Assembly: GCA_964573775.1 (NCBI GenBank)
Contig: CAZNKU010000004.1
Span: 1-60,894, forward strand
Direction of reading: 5' to 3'
Length of the DNA stretch: 60,894 bases
Origin: an uncultured Clostridiaceae bacterium
GTDB lineage: Bacteria; Bacillota; Clostridia; Monoglobales; Firm-18
Positions 1-10,635 of this stretch are shown piece after piece. The stretch's first letter is position 1. Each line of letters begins with the position of its first letter. The notes beneath the pieces are model-generated. The model ran no database searches and was not told the DNA's origin. It worked only from the letters and a program-made list of their open reading frames with translations. The translations under genes and the position numbers were made by a program.

Positions 1-450
<450 letters not shown>

Positions 451-574
451 TTAAATATACGTTATATAGCTCCTTATATTATAGCAATTTTGTTTTTTTA
501 TGTCAAGTTTACTATATAAAAAATTATAGTAAATAAATTATTAAATTGAAGCCATTTTAAATTAAAGGCATTTG

Positions 575-603
575 TTGACATACTTTGAGAATAGATGTAA
601 AAT
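575..603 (+). promoter_or_regulatory. sigma-A type promoter for the Mrp/NBP35 gene
   Basis: TTGACA (575-580), 17-nt spacer, TAAAAT (598-603), about 30 nt upstream of the start codon. Confidence 0.55.
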
Positions 604-635
604 AATAAAAGCATAAATATATGGAGGATTTTACA

Positions 636-1460
636 ATGAGTGAAAATTGTACACACAATTGCGAAACATGCTCTGCAAACTGTTCAGACAGAAAACCAAA
701 CAGTTTTTTAGAAGCACCTAACGCAAAATCAAATATCAAAAATGTTATAGCAGTTGTAAGCGGTAAGGGTGGCGTTGGCAAATCAATGGTTACTTCTCTT
801 CTTTCCGTTGCTATGAATAACAAAAAATATCATACTGCAATTCTAGATGCAGACATTACAGGACCATCAATTCCAAAAGCATTTGGTATACATTCTGAGA
901 TTATGGGAACAGATGACGGTCTTATTCCTGCAAAAACAACTGCAGGAATAGATGTTATCTCTTTGAATCTTATGTTACCTGATGAAACAGACCCCGTTGT
1001 ATGGAGAGGTCCTGTTATTGCAGGTACAGTAAAACAGTTCTGGACAGATGTTATATGGGAAGATGTTGACTATATGTTTGTTGATATGCCTCCCGGCACA
1101 GGTGATGTTCCTCTTACTGTATTTCAGTCTATTCCAATTAAATGTATTGTTGTAGTTACATCTCCACAAGAGCTTGTATCTATGATTGTTGAAAAAGCAG
1201 TTAAAATGGCTAATCTAATGAATATACCTGTTCTCGGTATTGTTGAAAACATGTCATACTTCAAGTGTCCTAGCTGTAATGAAAAACATTATATTTACGG
1301 TGAAAGTCACATAAACGAAATTGCTGAAAAATTCAACATACCGGCAATAGGCACACTGCCTATTAATCCTGAACTTGCCGAATTAGTTGATGGCGGTGCA
1401 ATTGAAACTGCCGATACAGCAGGACTTGAGCAGATAATTGAAAAACTTGAAAAACTTTAA
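636..1460 (+). CDS. Mrp/NBP35 family iron-sulfur cluster carrier ATPase
   Basis: ORF 621..1460. Deviant Walker A GKGGVGKS, CPSC (CxxC) motif near the C-terminus, N-terminal CX3CX2CX3C. GGAGG at 623-627 favours the ATG at 636 (MSENC...) over 621. Confidence 0.9.
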   Translation: MSENCTHNCETCSANCSDRKPNSFLEAPNAKSNIKNVIAVVSGKGGVGKSMVTSLLSVAMNNKKYHTAILDADITGPSIPKAFGIHSEIMGTDDGLIPAKTTAGIDVISLNLMLPDETDPVVWRGPVIAGTVKQFWTDVIWEDVDYMFVDMPPGTGDVPLTVFQSIPIKCIVVVTSPQELVSMIVEKAVKMANLMNIPVLGIVENMSYFKCPSCNEKHYIYGESHINEIAEKFNIPAIGTLPINPELAELVDGGAIETADTAGLEQIIEKLEKL

Positions 1461-1556
1461 TAAAATCAAAAATAAAGATAAAAATTCAACAGATACGTAT
1501 ACGCAAAACATCAAATGCTCCCTCATTCTCGTAAAATTCCTATAAAAGGCATAAAA

Positions 1557-1599
1557 ACAAATAGAGTAGCTGATAAATTGTATCAATTACTCTATTTGT
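1557..1599. terminator. bidirectional hairpin terminator between convergent genes
   Basis: 12-bp perfect stem ACAAATAGAGTA / TACTCTATTTGT (1557-1568 / 1588-1599) flanked by A/T runs. Confidence 0.6.
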
Positions 1600-1657
1600 T
1601 ATTGCTTTCACGATTTTACCAGCGTTATTGTTAGCAGAACCGACAAACTATGCTCAA

Positions 1658-2995
1658 TTAATATATTTTTAATCCTTCAACATCATCGAAGATCATGTCT
1701 TCTCTTGCATCATCATCAATGGTAAAAATATTAATATTTTGTAATGAAAGATTTTTTACATGACGGAAGAATATTCCACTTGCAGGAAGAACTTCTCCGT
1801 GCGTAACTGCTGATGGTGTTGCTTTTGGGTTTTCAGGCACAATAATTTCTCTGTCTGCTTCTCCTCTTCCTCCCGGCACTGTAAGATAGATATTTGATAA
1901 ACTTATATTTTCTAATTTTTCATCCACTTGTCCAACAACACTTGATGTAACCACCTTTGGTGCTTTGGACAATTTTTCATCAGGTAGTATAGTTGTATAT
2001 CGTATAGGATAGATATAACCATATGGACCTGTAGCAACCAAATTGTCAATTACAACATTCTTTATTTTTCCAATGGTTGCATCTTCCGGTGCACGTCTTC
2101 TGTCAGTAAGTATTATAATAAACGGTGTGCCTACATTTTTCATAACTATCCCTGTAACTGTTATTCCATCAATTTCACCGCCGTCAGCTATTTCTAAAGC
2201 TAAACCTGTATAACATGTGTCATATACTGCACAGTTAGTTATTGCAATATTTTTAAAACCTCCGTTTGACTCGGTTCCCAACTTAATAGCACACATTCTT
2301 GATGATACATTACAATTTGAAATCACAACATTTTCACATAGTTGCTTTCTGTTTAATGCATAGGAGCTCTTTAAAACTATACCATCATCCCCTGCTACAA
2401 TGTTACAATCAGAAATAACCACATTTTTACAACAATCAGGACTTATTCCATCAATATTGACATGCATTGTTAATCTTGTAGTTTTTACATCCTCGCAACC
2501 GGCAAGATATACTGCCAAATCTGTAGCATTGTAAAGCTTTAAGTCTGATATATCAATATGTTTGCAATTTTTAAAGGAAAAAATTTTAATTGCTCTGTAA
2601 GCGCGTCGTTCTGCCTCACCTTCGGCAGGGGTATTTTCCCAAACCTCTCGCATATCAATTGTTCCTAATCCGCTGAAAGATATATTTTCTATATCTTCGC
2701 CCCAAAACATAGCTCGGTGAAAATACGAATGTGAATAGTCCTGATATAAGGGATAATCAATATGCTCTCTTTCATCAAATTCATCAGGATTTAAACTTCC
2801 TAAAATTTTTGCACCTGGTTCAAAAACAAAATGTATATTGCTAAAAATTTGAACAGAGGCTATAACGTATGTGCCATTAGGAATATATACTACTCCTCCA
2901 CCGTTTTTAACGCACTCTGCTACTGCCGCACGAACAGCCTCAGTCGAATTTGTTATTCCATCATTTTTTGCTCCGAAAGCTACTATATTATACAT
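1658..2995 (-). CDS. glycoside hydrolase family 28-like protein (pectate-lyase fold, polygalacturonase-type), no signal peptide
   Basis: ORF 445 aa. N-terminus FGAKNDGITNSTEAVRAAVAEC..GGGVVYIPNGTYV, GDDGIVLKS and AIKLGTES motifs typical of GH28 beta-helix enzymes. Confidence 0.75.
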   Translation of the reverse strand: MYNIVAFGAKNDGITNSTEAVRAAVAECVKNGGGVVYIPNGTYVIASVQIFSNIHFVFEPGAKILGSLNPDEFDEREHIDYPLYQDYSHSYFHRAMFWGEDIENISFSGLGTIDMREVWENTPAEGEAERRAYRAIKIFSFKNCKHIDISDLKLYNATDLAVYLAGCEDVKTTRLTMHVNIDGISPDCCKNVVISDCNIVAGDDGIVLKSSYALNRKQLCENVVISNCNVSSRMCAIKLGTESNGGFKNIAITNCAVYDTCYTGLALEIADGGEIDGITVTGIVMKNVGTPFIIILTDRRRAPEDATIGKIKNVVIDNLVATGPYGYIYPIRYTTILPDEKLSKAPKVVTSSVVGQVDEKLENISLSNIYLTVPGGRGEADREIIVPENPKATPSAVTHGEVLPASGIFFRHVKNLSLQNINIFTIDDDAREDMIFDDVEGLKIY

Positions 2996-3195
2996 TTTTC
3001 CTCCTAAAATATTAAATTAATTATTGATTTTAAATGTTATAATTCTCTTTTATAACTTATAATATTATATTTTAATTTTATCATATCATTATCTAAATCT
3101 CAAGAATAAATTTCTAAAGCAGATCATTTATTTTATTCTGTATAAATTCTTTTTCGTTTAAATTTTTGATTCGTACTCAAACTAAAAAACAAGCA

Positions 3196-3223
3196 AGAAG
3201 GACATCTTCTGATGTCCTTCTTA
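3196..3223 (-). terminator. intrinsic terminator downstream of tRNA-fMet
   Basis: Perfect 12-bp stem AAGAAGGACATC / GATGTCCTTCTT with a 4-nt loop. A T-run follows on the minus strand. Confidence 0.75.
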
Positions 3224-3226
3224 TTT

Positions 3227-3303
<77 letters not shown>

Positions 3304-3340
3304 ATATTTAATTTCACGGTCAACTTTCAACCACTCGAAC

Positions 3341-3369
3341 ATTATATCACTATTATATTATATTGTCAA
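3341..3369 (-). promoter_or_regulatory. exact consensus sigma-A promoter for tRNA-fMet
   Basis: On the minus strand: TTGACA (3364-3369), 17 nt, TATAAT (3341-3346), about 35 nt upstream of the mature tRNA 5' end. Confidence 0.7.
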
Positions 3370-3379
3370 GTATTTTATT

Positions 3380-3419
3380 AAAAATTTTTATACCAAGGTG
3401 CAAACAGGCACCCTGGTAT
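3380..3419 (-). terminator. intrinsic terminator after asp23
   Basis: Stem TACCAAGGTGC / GCACCCTGGTA (one mismatch) followed by a T-run on the minus strand. Confidence 0.6.
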
Positions 3420-3427
3420 ATTAATTA

Positions 3428-3817
3428 TTATTTTTTTTCTTTAGAATTCTTTGGTTTTTCAGTCTTTGGCATAGAAATACCGTTAACATAAACATCAACA
3501 GCAGTAACATTCAGGCTCGTCATTGTTTCAACTTCTCTCTTAACCTTTTCCTGTACTTCGCAGGAAACAGTAGGAATATGGCAACCAAAATCAACTGTAA
3601 TAAAAACAGAAATTTTAACTTCTTCCCCTTCTATAACAGACTTGACACCTCTGGAATAATTCTTTTTACCGAAAAAATCTGTTATTCCTTCTACCAAAGT
3701 TGTGCACATACTTGCTACACCCGGAACATCAAGTGAAGCAACACTTGAAACAACTGCTATAACTTCTTCAGAAATATTTATTTTACCAATATTATCTATA
3801 GATTTTTCTTCGTACAT
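3428..3817 (-). CDS. Asp23/Gls24 family envelope stress (alkaline shock) protein
   Basis: ORF 129 aa. ISEEVIAVVSSVASLDVPGVASM is typical of Asp23 (DUF322). Sits directly after spoIIIAH, as in other Firmicutes. Confidence 0.85.
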   Translation of the reverse strand: MYEEKSIDNIGKINISEEVIAVVSSVASLDVPGVASMCTTLVEGITDFFGKKNYSRGVKSVIEGEEVKISVFITVDFGCHIPTVSCEVQEKVKREVETMTSLNVTAVDVYVNGISMPKTEKPKNSKEKK

Positions 3818-3880
3818 TACCTTCAGCCCCTTTCATTAAGTATATTTTACCATACTTTTTTAAAAAATAAAAGACTTTTT

Positions 3881-4387
3881 TTATTTATTTTCAATTATTT
3901 TTATATTTTCAGCAACAAATCCGGTTATATTAGATATTATATCCTTAATTTGAGATACTGATACTTCATCAAGTTTTTTATCATATATTATGGCTGTTGC
4001 TTCATTTTCGTCTATGTATAAAACGCTTTTTTCAAAGCCTTTTGCCTTAAGCGTGTTTTCTATTGTACTTTCCGCATTAATATATTCCGCTGAAAGCGTC
4101 AACATCTTCTGTGCATTTTCTTTTATTTCTTTATCACACTCAGAATTATCAATTATATCTCTGTAAACCTGCATACTTTCACTTCGTTTATTATCTCTTT
4201 CCATAACTGCCACAGTATATTCATCTGTGGTTTTATCAACATCAACCTCTGCAGCAGTTGACATCGTTTCCACCGTATCAGATGTTTTGTAATTAATATT
4301 TACATAGCCCGCTACTGCAATTACGACCACCATACCCATTAATGTCAAATGGCGTTTGTTTATACCTGAAAATTTTGGTTTTTTCAT
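3881..4387 (-). CDS. spoIIIAH: stage III sporulation protein AH
   Basis: ORF 168 aa. N-terminal TM helix, last gene of the spoIIIA operon, SpoIIIAH-like acidic C-terminal domain. Confidence 0.8.
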   Translation of the reverse strand: MKKPKFSGINKRHLTLMGMVVVIAVAGYVNINYKTSDTVETMSTAAEVDVDKTTDEYTVAVMERDNKRSESMQVYRDIIDNSECDKEIKENAQKMLTLSAEYINAESTIENTLKAKGFEKSVLYIDENEATAIIYDKKLDEVSVSQIKDIISNITGFVAENIKIIENK

Positions 4388-4397
4388 ATTTTTCTCC

Positions 4398-4730
4398 TCA
4401 CTTTTTTTTAATTAAAATCTGAACTTTATAATCGGGAAGATTAAGTACTGCAACGGCAGAATCGTGCAAATTCTTTTTTACAGATGTATTCTGCGCACCT
4501 TCAGCAACAATAATTGCTCCTTCAACCCTGTCATTTTCATCAAAAGTAAGCATCACATCTACATCACCCACTCCCTCTGCCATTTCAAGTGTTGTTTTAA
4601 GTTTCTTTTCAAGACTTGTACGAGAATCCGTACCAACAGACGGTCCATTTGTAAGCATTACACATATTATTCCTGCGAGTAACAAAATTAAATATTTGAT
4701 ATTTTTGTTTAAAAAATCAGTTATTTTCAT
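4398..4730 (-). CDS. spoIIIAG: stage III sporulation protein AG
   Basis: ORF 4398..4811. The likely start is ATG at 4728-4730 (MKITDFLNKNIKYLILLLAG...), overlapping the spoIIIAF stop. Has the LEMAEGVGDVDVMLTF motif. Confidence 0.8.
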   Translation of the reverse strand: MKITDFLNKNIKYLILLLAGIICVMLTNGPSVGTDSRTSLEKKLKTTLEMAEGVGDVDVMLTFDENDRVEGAIIVAEGAQNTSVKKNLHDSAVAVLNLPDYKVQILIKKK

Positions 4731-5112
4731 ACAGATACCCCACAACATTGTCATATGTTTCTTTACTGTCACAATATACATTTTTGATTTTACACTCATC
4801 TGTAAGTTCAATTCTTATCGACTCATCATCAAATTTTTCCCTAAGAATTGTTTCAAGTTTTTCTTCGTACAAATTCTTAATATAATTATTGTTATAGCCG
4901 ACAGATTCCATATTGTAGTCATTAGTGTAAAAACTATTATAATCTATTGATGTGAACACAGATACTGCCATAGATATAACAATCAGACCGTATATATATG
5001 ATGAATATTTTTTTATTGATTTTTCAGGCAAGATATTTTCTGCAATACACCAAAGTAAAGTAAGTGCAACCAGCGTTTTAACAAATATACCTACACTATT
5101 CATACTATGCAC
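4717..5112 (-). CDS. spoIIIAF: stage III sporulation protein AF
   Basis: ORF 131 aa. Two N-terminal TM helices, correct operon position. Confidence 0.8.
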   Translation of the reverse strand: MHSMNSVGIFVKTLVALTLLWCIAENILPEKSIKKYSSYIYGLIVISMAVSVFTSIDYNSFYTNDYNMESVGYNNNYIKNLYEEKLETILREKFDDESIRIELTDECKIKNVYCDSKETYDNVVGYLYENN

Positions 5113-6208
5113 CGCCTATATAAATAATAACTGTAACGGAAATAATATACATAATGGAAACGACAATGTTCATTGCAAACAAAATGCCTATACCCGAAGA
5201 TATACTGTTAATAACTTCAATGACGTTTTTTCCTGCAACAGGTGAAATAAAAAAACCGAGTATATTTATGACAATTAACTTTATAAGTACCTTCAGACAC
5301 GGTATAACTGCAATAAGTAATATGCCTATTAGTCCGGCAATTCCAACAGAATTTTTCACAACCGACGAACAGTTAAGTATAAGGTCAACAGAATCAGCAA
5401 CCATACCACCGACATAAGGTATAAAATTATTTACCGCATACTTTGCGGTTTTAACGGTAATATCATCTAACTTTGGTGCCGCAACGCCAACAACACCTAT
5501 AATACCAACATATATTGTAAGAACAAATCCAAGCGACCATTTTAAAATTTTCTGCATCTGATTACCAAAGTTGGTAAGATGATTTTTTTCAGTCACACAG
5601 CCCGTAAGCTTAAGCACGAGACTTATGGTATTTAACGGAACAACAAAGTTTTTAACAAACAATACAATTACGGATGATACCCCAATCATAACAGGATTCA
5701 AAACCCCTGCTGTTTCGGTTTTGCCACTTGTTGCAAGCAAAAGCATAAGTGTTGGAGTAAGGGAATTTACAAAAAGAATAAGATTATCAATAAACTGTAG
5801 GGAATATTCTGAAATATTGTCAACAACTACGATAAGCGAAAGTACAACAACAGCTATAACTATTAAATTAACAGTCTTATTTTCATTAAAAGACTGATTC
5901 ATATTTTCAATCATCGACGCAAGCATTATCAACACAAAAGCAGTAATTCCAAAACCGATATTTTCCTTTACCAAATCAACAAATATATTTTTGATATATG
6001 TACCTATATTTTTAAAATTTATATCAAAATCGCCATTATTGAGTTGATCTATTACCTCAAGTGCATCGATTTCAATACCTGATGCTTCGAAGGAATTTTC
6101 GATATCATATCTCATTTCACTGTCTAGAACATCATCAAATCCGTCGGCACAAACCTGTACAGATATTAACAAATACAGAACACAAAATAAACAAAAAAAT
6201 TTTCTCAT
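5105..6208 (-). CDS. spoIIIAE: stage III sporulation protein AE (polytopic membrane protein)
   Basis: ORF 5105..6277. The likely start is ATG at 6206-6208 (MRKFFCLFCVLYLL, signal-like), just after the spoIIIAD stop. Multi-TM protein. Confidence 0.85.
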   Translation of the reverse strand: MRKFFCLFCVLYLLISVQVCADGFDDVLDSEMRYDIENSFEASGIEIDALEVIDQLNNGDFDINFKNIGTYIKNIFVDLVKENIGFGITAFVLIMLASMIENMNQSFNENKTVNLIVIAVVVLSLIVVVDNISEYSLQFIDNLILFVNSLTPTLMLLLATSGKTETAGVLNPVMIGVSSVIVLFVKNFVVPLNTISLVLKLTGCVTEKNHLTNFGNQMQKILKWSLGFVLTIYVGIIGVVGVAAPKLDDITVKTAKYAVNNFIPYVGGMVADSVDLILNCSSVVKNSVGIAGLIGILLIAVIPCLKVLIKLIVINILGFFISPVAGKNVIEVINSISSGIGILFAMNIVVSIMYIISVTVIIYIGGA

Positions 6209-6215
6209 AATACAC

Positions 6216-6593
6216 CTACAGTAAATTATTAATGCTGTCAAGTAAATTGATAAGCATAGGTACTGATAGCGAGACAATCAAAATTTTTCCAGCAAGATCT
6301 ATTTTTTTAGCAACAAATTTTTCTCCACACTCTTCTGCAACCGATGCACCAAACTGCGTTATATAAGAAATTCCCATCACTTTAATCAAAAGCTTAATAT
6401 GAGCTTCCGAAACACCGTAACCCGAACTGAAGGTTTTAAAAACATTAAGAATATTATTAATATCGGTATACAAAAGTCCCACTATTATTGTGCCTGTTAT
6501 AATGGCAGCGGCAAAACCAATATCAGTACAGGTTCGCTTCAACAAAACAGATACAGCTATACCAATAAAAGCAACCAAAATAATTTTAATCAT
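6216..6593 (-). CDS. spoIIIAD: stage III sporulation protein AD
   Basis: ORF 125 aa, hydrophobic, correct operon position. Confidence 0.85.
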   Translation of the reverse strand: MIKIILVAFIGIAVSVLLKRTCTDIGFAAAIITGTIIVGLLYTDINNILNVFKTFSSGYGVSEAHIKLLIKVMGISYITQFGASVAEECGEKFVAKKIDLAGKILIVSLSVPMLINLLDSINNLL

Positions 6594-6790
6594 AATTCAA
6601 AAAGAGTCTTAACAGCTTCAAAAAGCTCACTTACTTTTTGAACAATTAAAACAAGTGCTATCATAAGGCCTGCAAGAGACGTCATTAAACCAAGCTCGCT
6701 TTTGCCTGCCTGATTAAGCAGATTATGTAACACTGATGCAATAATTCCAATTGCCGCTATTTTAAATATTAAATCAATTCCGTTATCCAC
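6590..6790 (-). CDS. spoIIIAC: stage III sporulation protein AC
   Basis: ORF 66 aa with two TM helices. GTG start preceded by AGGTGGTGA. Confidence 0.85.
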   Translation of the reverse strand: MDNGIDLIFKIAAIGIIASVLHNLLNQAGKSELGLMTSLAGLMIALVLIVQKVSELFEAVKTLFEL

Positions 6791-6801
6791 AAAATCACCA
6801 C

Positions 6802-7311
6802 CTAAGCTAAAATTATCGCAATAAGAAAACCGGCAAGTACTCCGGAAGTGCGAAATATTTTCACGTATTTCTTTTCATTTTCCAAAGCCTCATTAAGATG
6901 TGATTTTATATTATCTACTGTATTTGAAATATTTTTAATTTCATCATCTCTGTCTCCGCTTCCGAAAACAGAAAAAAAGTTATATATCTCTTCCATATCG
7001 TTTTTTTCAAAAAAGGTGGTATTCTCATTAACATAGCACCCAAAAGCATCTGCCGGTCCTATGTTTCCATCCTCAATTTTTTTTGAAATATATGCAACCA
7101 AATTACTTACTGTATTAGACTTTACATCAGATGCTTTTACAAGTGCATCAGATATTACACAATTAGAAAATTTAATTTCATTTTTAATTTTTTCAAGTAC
7201 GCTTATAAATGCTTTCAAATCCTTAACTCTACAGATATATTTTGCAGACAGGTCAAAACCAATTTTGCTTGATGATATCACAATTATAATAAAACCAATT
7301 AACTTAATCAT
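6802..7311 (-). CDS. spoIIIAB: stage III sporulation protein AB
   Basis: ORF 169 aa, N- and C-terminal TM helices, correct operon position. Confidence 0.85.
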   Translation of the reverse strand: MIKLIGFIIIVISSSKIGFDLSAKYICRVKDLKAFISVLEKIKNEIKFSNCVISDALVKASDVKSNTVSNLVAYISKKIEDGNIGPADAFGCYVNENTTFFEKNDMEEIYNFFSVFGSGDRDDEIKNISNTVDNIKSHLNEALENEKKYVKIFRTSGVLAGFLIAIILA

Positions 7312-8131
7312 TTGAAAATACCTCCTCTATTGTACCTATGCCGTATTTATTGCCAAGCAAAACTATGTTGTCAAATACTGCTTTATCAATGCTCAGTCTT
7401 TCTAGTGTTTTCGAAATACTGTTCCCATGTGCAGTTGCAACAATGTATACCCCTGATGCAACTGCTTTTTTAAGTATCTCACAGTCAGAATCTGCAATTT
7501 CATCTGTTACTATATATTCCGGCGACATACTCCTGAGCATATATTCCATACCTTTTTTCTTAGGTACCAGCGATAAAACATCTGTCATGGTTCCAATGTC
7601 AAAGCATGGTATACAATTATACATACCTGCAATTTCTCCACGTTCATCAACAACACTTACCTTTCTTCTGTTACCGATCCTGCGGCACAAATCCCGTAAA
7701 ATAGTTGTTTTTCCACAGCAGGGTGGAGAAATTACAAGTAGATTTTTTATGTCAAACTCAAGCTTATCCGAACATCCCATTACTTCTTTTGCAACCCTTA
7801 TATTTACAGAACTTATATCTTTTATATTAAAAACATTTTCATTTTCCATTACGGCGGTGCCGCAAATTCCTATACGGTGTCCTCCTTCTATAGTTATAAA
7901 ACCGTTCTTTATTTCATTAATATATGCATACACGGAAAAATCACAAAATCTTTTAAAGCATTCTGACACTTCTGAACTATTTATAATATAATCGATTTTA
8001 TAATAGATGTTGTCCGCTTTTACTGTTACATTTTTTCCTGCCCTTAAGGTAATTTCATTTATATTATCGAGATTGATTTTTTTAACCAATCCGTCCGGCA
8101 ATTGTGATAATATATTCTTCATTTGTTTCAC
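7304..8131 (-). CDS. spoIIIAA: stage III sporulation protein AA (secretion-type ATPase)
   Basis: ORF 275 aa. Walker A PPCCGKTT. First gene of the operon, with an 8-nt overlap with spoIIIAB. Confidence 0.9.
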   Translation of the reverse strand: MKQMKNILSQLPDGLVKKINLDNINEITLRAGKNVTVKADNIYYKIDYIINSSEVSECFKRFCDFSVYAYINEIKNGFITIEGGHRIGICGTAVMENENVFNIKDISSVNIRVAKEVMGCSDKLEFDIKNLLVISPPCCGKTTILRDLCRRIGNRRKVSVVDERGEIAGMYNCIPCFDIGTMTDVLSLVPKKKGMEYMLRSMSPEYIVTDEIADSDCEILKKAVASGVYIVATAHGNSISKTLERLSIDKAVFDNIVLLGNKYGIGTIEEVFSND

Positions 8132-8178
8132 CTCTTGACTTTATTCTATTTTCAAAACAACAAATTTAGAACACATTA

Positions 8179-8207
8179 TTGACATAACATAAAAAAAGTA
8201 ATATAAT
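8179..8207 (+). promoter_or_regulatory. exact consensus sigma-A promoter for the THF riboswitch/folT transcript
   Basis: TTGACA (8179-8184), 17 nt, TATAAT (8202-8207). The riboswitch P1 stem starts about 15 nt downstream. Confidence 0.75.
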
Positions 8208-8214
8208 AACCTCA

Positions 8215-8320
8215 TCCGAAACGCAGAGTAAGGATATGTGCGTATAGTGTCAACAGACGGGGAGTTGCTGTTGAACGAATACTTTTTGTAGCGATACATA
8301 TTCTGCATCCCGCTGCCTTA
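8215..8320 (+). promoter_or_regulatory. THF (tetrahydrofolate) riboswitch
   Basis: GCAGAGTAAGGATATGTGCGTATAGTG...GGGGAGTTG...ACGAA...GCG...CTGCATCCCGCTGC matches the conserved AGAGUAG / GCGU.AGUG / GGGA.GU.G / ACGAA / UGCAUCCGCU blocks of the THF-I aptamer (recalled from the E. siraeum structure construct). It lies directly upstream of a folate ECF S-component. Confidence 0.8.
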
Positions 8321-8385
8321 TACGAGGATTATCTTCTTAAAATTAATCTCCGTAAATGTGCAGATTTATTTTAAGGAGGTTTTTT

Positions 8386-8955
8386 ATGTCAAAAAATAAA
8401 AATTCACAAAAATTCTGGAGTTTAAAAAGGATATTTTATTTTCCAGAACTAACGACAAATACGGTTTGTTCGTTAGGACTACTGATTGCAATTACCGTTG
8501 TTTTATCAATAATTTCAGGACATCTTAGGATAGGAAACATAAGCAAACTTTCAATAAGCTTTGTATCGGTATTTATTGCCGCCTATGCTTTTGGAGGAAT
8601 TACAGGTGGTTTGGTAGGTGCTTTAGCAGATTTAATATCATGCTTTGTTAACCCTGTAGGTCCGCTGATGATACAAATTACGCTAATTGAATTTGTTTTC
8701 GGATTTATATATGGTTTATTTTTTTATAAGACCTGCAAAAAAAATTATGTCGCACTTGTTTTGATTTGCGATACAATACAGTTTATTACAAATATTTTCC
8801 TAAAGACTGCTGTTCTTTCAGCAGCATACGGTACAGCATTAAATGTATTTCTTATATCGAGATTACCTATGTGCATAATACAAATGGTAATTATATTTAC
8901 AGTAATAATATTGATTAAACCCCTTTTAAAAATAATAAATAAAATATCTAATTAG
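8386..8955 (+). CDS. folT: folate-family ECF transporter S component
   Basis: ORF 8356..8955. AAGGAGG at 8373-8379 favours the ATG at 8386 (MSKNKNSQKFWSLKR...). Multi-TM protein with the THF riboswitch upstream. Confidence 0.8.
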   Translation: MSKNKNSQKFWSLKRIFYFPELTTNTVCSLGLLIAITVVLSIISGHLRIGNISKLSISFVSVFIAAYAFGGITGGLVGALADLISCFVNPVGPLMIQITLIEFVFGFIYGLFFYKTCKKNYVALVLICDTIQFITNIFLKTAVLSAAYGTALNVFLISRLPMCIIQMVIIFTVIILIKPLLKIINKISN

Positions 8956-8989
8956 TAATCATCCTCTGGTAACAGCGGGGCGTATATAA

Positions 8990-9025
8990 AAGGATACCGA
9001 AATTTTTTTCGGTATCCTTTTTTTG
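8990..9025 (+). terminator. intrinsic terminator after folT
   Basis: Stem AAGGATACCGAA / TTCGGTATCCTT followed by TTTTTT. Confidence 0.8.
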
Positions 9026-9073
9026 ACATTTTTCAGTAACGGTTGTGTGTATAATAGTTATATGGAGGGTAAA

Positions 9074-9904
9074 ATGACTGTTTACATTGACCAATACATA
9101 ATTGTAAATATAATACTGAATTTTGTAATATTGCGTATTACAAAGTCAATTATCAAATCAAAATCTTCCAACCCAAGACTTTTGATTTCAAGTATAGCAG
9201 GTACTTTATTTGCAATACTTATGCTTTTTCCACAAGTAAAACCTCTTACAAATATATTTGGAAAAACCATATTTTCTTTAGTACTTACAGGCATAAGCTT
9301 TAAATCTTCATCTTTTAAAATTTTTCTTAAGAATCTGTCTGTCTTCTATCTTGTAAGCTTTACCATGGGCGGATGCGCATACGCACTTATTAGCCTGATA
9401 GGAAACAGTCAATATACAGACACAGCAAAACTTTTATGTATTACAGTTTTTTTATCATATGTAATATTAAATGTTATAACATCAGTTTACGAAAAACACT
9501 TTAAATACGGAAGCCTGATACACAAACTCAGCATTACTTTAAATGATAAAACCATTGAAACCGAATGCTTTTATGACACAGGTAACAATTTAAAAGATCC
9601 TATCACAAAAACTCCGGTAATAATAGTAAATATAAAAACTGTTAAAAAAATTTTGCCCGAACATATTACATACCATCTTATGCACGGTACAGATATAATG
9701 AAAATATACATCTCACACTTTGAAGATTTGAAGCTTAAAATCATACCATACCGTACAATAACAGAAAAAGGGGTTATACTCGGCTTTGTACCATCAGAGA
9801 TATTAATTGACGGAGAAGAAAAAAAGGCCATAATAGGAATATCATCTGATGTAATGTCAAATGATAAAAGCTACAACGCAATAGTTAATCCACATAATAT
9901 ATAA
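9074..9904 (+). CDS. spoIIGA: sigma-E processing peptidase SpoIIGA
   Basis: ORF 9023..9904. GGAGGG RBS then ATG at 9074 (MTVYIDQYIIVNIILNF). Five TM helices and the aspartic protease motif FYDTGNNLKDPIT. Confidence 0.9.
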   Translation: MTVYIDQYIIVNIILNFVILRITKSIIKSKSSNPRLLISSIAGTLFAILMLFPQVKPLTNIFGKTIFSLVLTGISFKSSSFKIFLKNLSVFYLVSFTMGGCAYALISLIGNSQYTDTAKLLCITVFLSYVILNVITSVYEKHFKYGSLIHKLSITLNDKTIETECFYDTGNNLKDPITKTPVIIVNIKTVKKILPEHITYHLMHGTDIMKIYISHFEDLKLKIIPYRTITEKGVILGFVPSEILIDGEEKKAIIGISSDVMSNDKSYNAIVNPHNI

Positions 9905-9916
9905 ACGGAGGTTTTT

Positions 9917-10624
9917 ATGAACACTATAGGCAATTTATTTCAGACACTTATAAAAATTTTACTTAGTCAAAAAAGCAATGAAATACATTACATAGGGGGG
10001 ACGGATGTTTTGCCTCCTCCCCTTTCTGCAAACGAAGAAAAAGATTTGCTTAATAACATCAACGAAAGCGATGCAAAAAACAAATTAATTGAACATAATT
10101 TACGACTAGTAGTATATATTGCTAAAAAATTTGAAAATACAGGAATCAATATAGAAGACCTCATTTCAATTGGTACAATAGGTCTTATAAAATCTATAAA
10201 TACCTTTAACACCGAAAAAAACATAAAGCTTGCCACCTATTCATCACGCTGTATAGAAAATGAAATACTGATGTATTTAAGAAAAAATAACAATTCAAAG
10301 ACAGAAATATCAATTGACGAACCACTTAACACAGACTGGGACGGTAACGAGCTTTTATTATCGGATATATTGGGAACAGATCCCGACATTATACACCGTA
10401 AAATTGAAGATGAGGTTGACAGACAGCTTTTAAAAGAGGCAATGCACAAGCTTACACCCCGTGAACTTGAAATAATAAAATTGAGATTCGGAATAGGTAT
10501 ATCGGAAGAACGGACTCAAAAAGAAGTGGCAGATATGCTTGGAATTTCACAGTCTTACATTTCAAGACTTGAAAAGAAAATAATTAACAGATTAAGAAAA
10601 GAAATTAACAAGATGATTGATTAG
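9917..10624 (+). CDS. sigE: sporulation sigma factor SigE (pro-sigma-E)
   Basis: ORF 235 aa. Pro-sequence followed by [15 protein letters not shown], then sigma-70 regions 2-4 ([26 protein letters not shown]). Immediately downstream of spoIIGA. Confidence 0.93.
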   Translation: MNTIGNLFQTLIKILLSQKSNEIHYIGGTDVLPPPLSANEEKDLLNNINESDAKNKLIEHNLRLVVYIAKKFENTGINIEDLISIGTIGLIKSINTFNTEKNIKLATYSSRCIENEILMYLRKNNNSKTEISIDEPLNTDWDGNELLLSDILGTDPDIIHRKIEDEVDRQLLKEAMHKLTPRELEIIKLRFGIGISEERTQKEVADMLGISQSYISRLEKKIINRLRKEINKMID

Positions 10625-10635
10625 GAGTTGTTTTT

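Noticed and set aside
7338-7991. 217-aa ORF on the plus strand, antisense to spoIIIAA
   Set aside because: It lies entirely inside a well-supported gene. Its composition is low-complexity and rich in S, L, I, F and T, as expected for the antisense frame of AT-rich coding DNA. It has no RBS and no recognisable motif. The same reasoning applies to the other long antisense ORFs in the track, such as 42999..43601, 47586..48215, 19376..19843, 59135..59569, 36303..36668 and 12310..12729.
8132-8178. Sigma-E dependent promoter for spoIIIAA
   Set aside because: One is expected from B. subtilis biology, but I could not find a convincing match to the sigma-E -35/-10 consensus in the short upstream region, so no coordinates are claimed.
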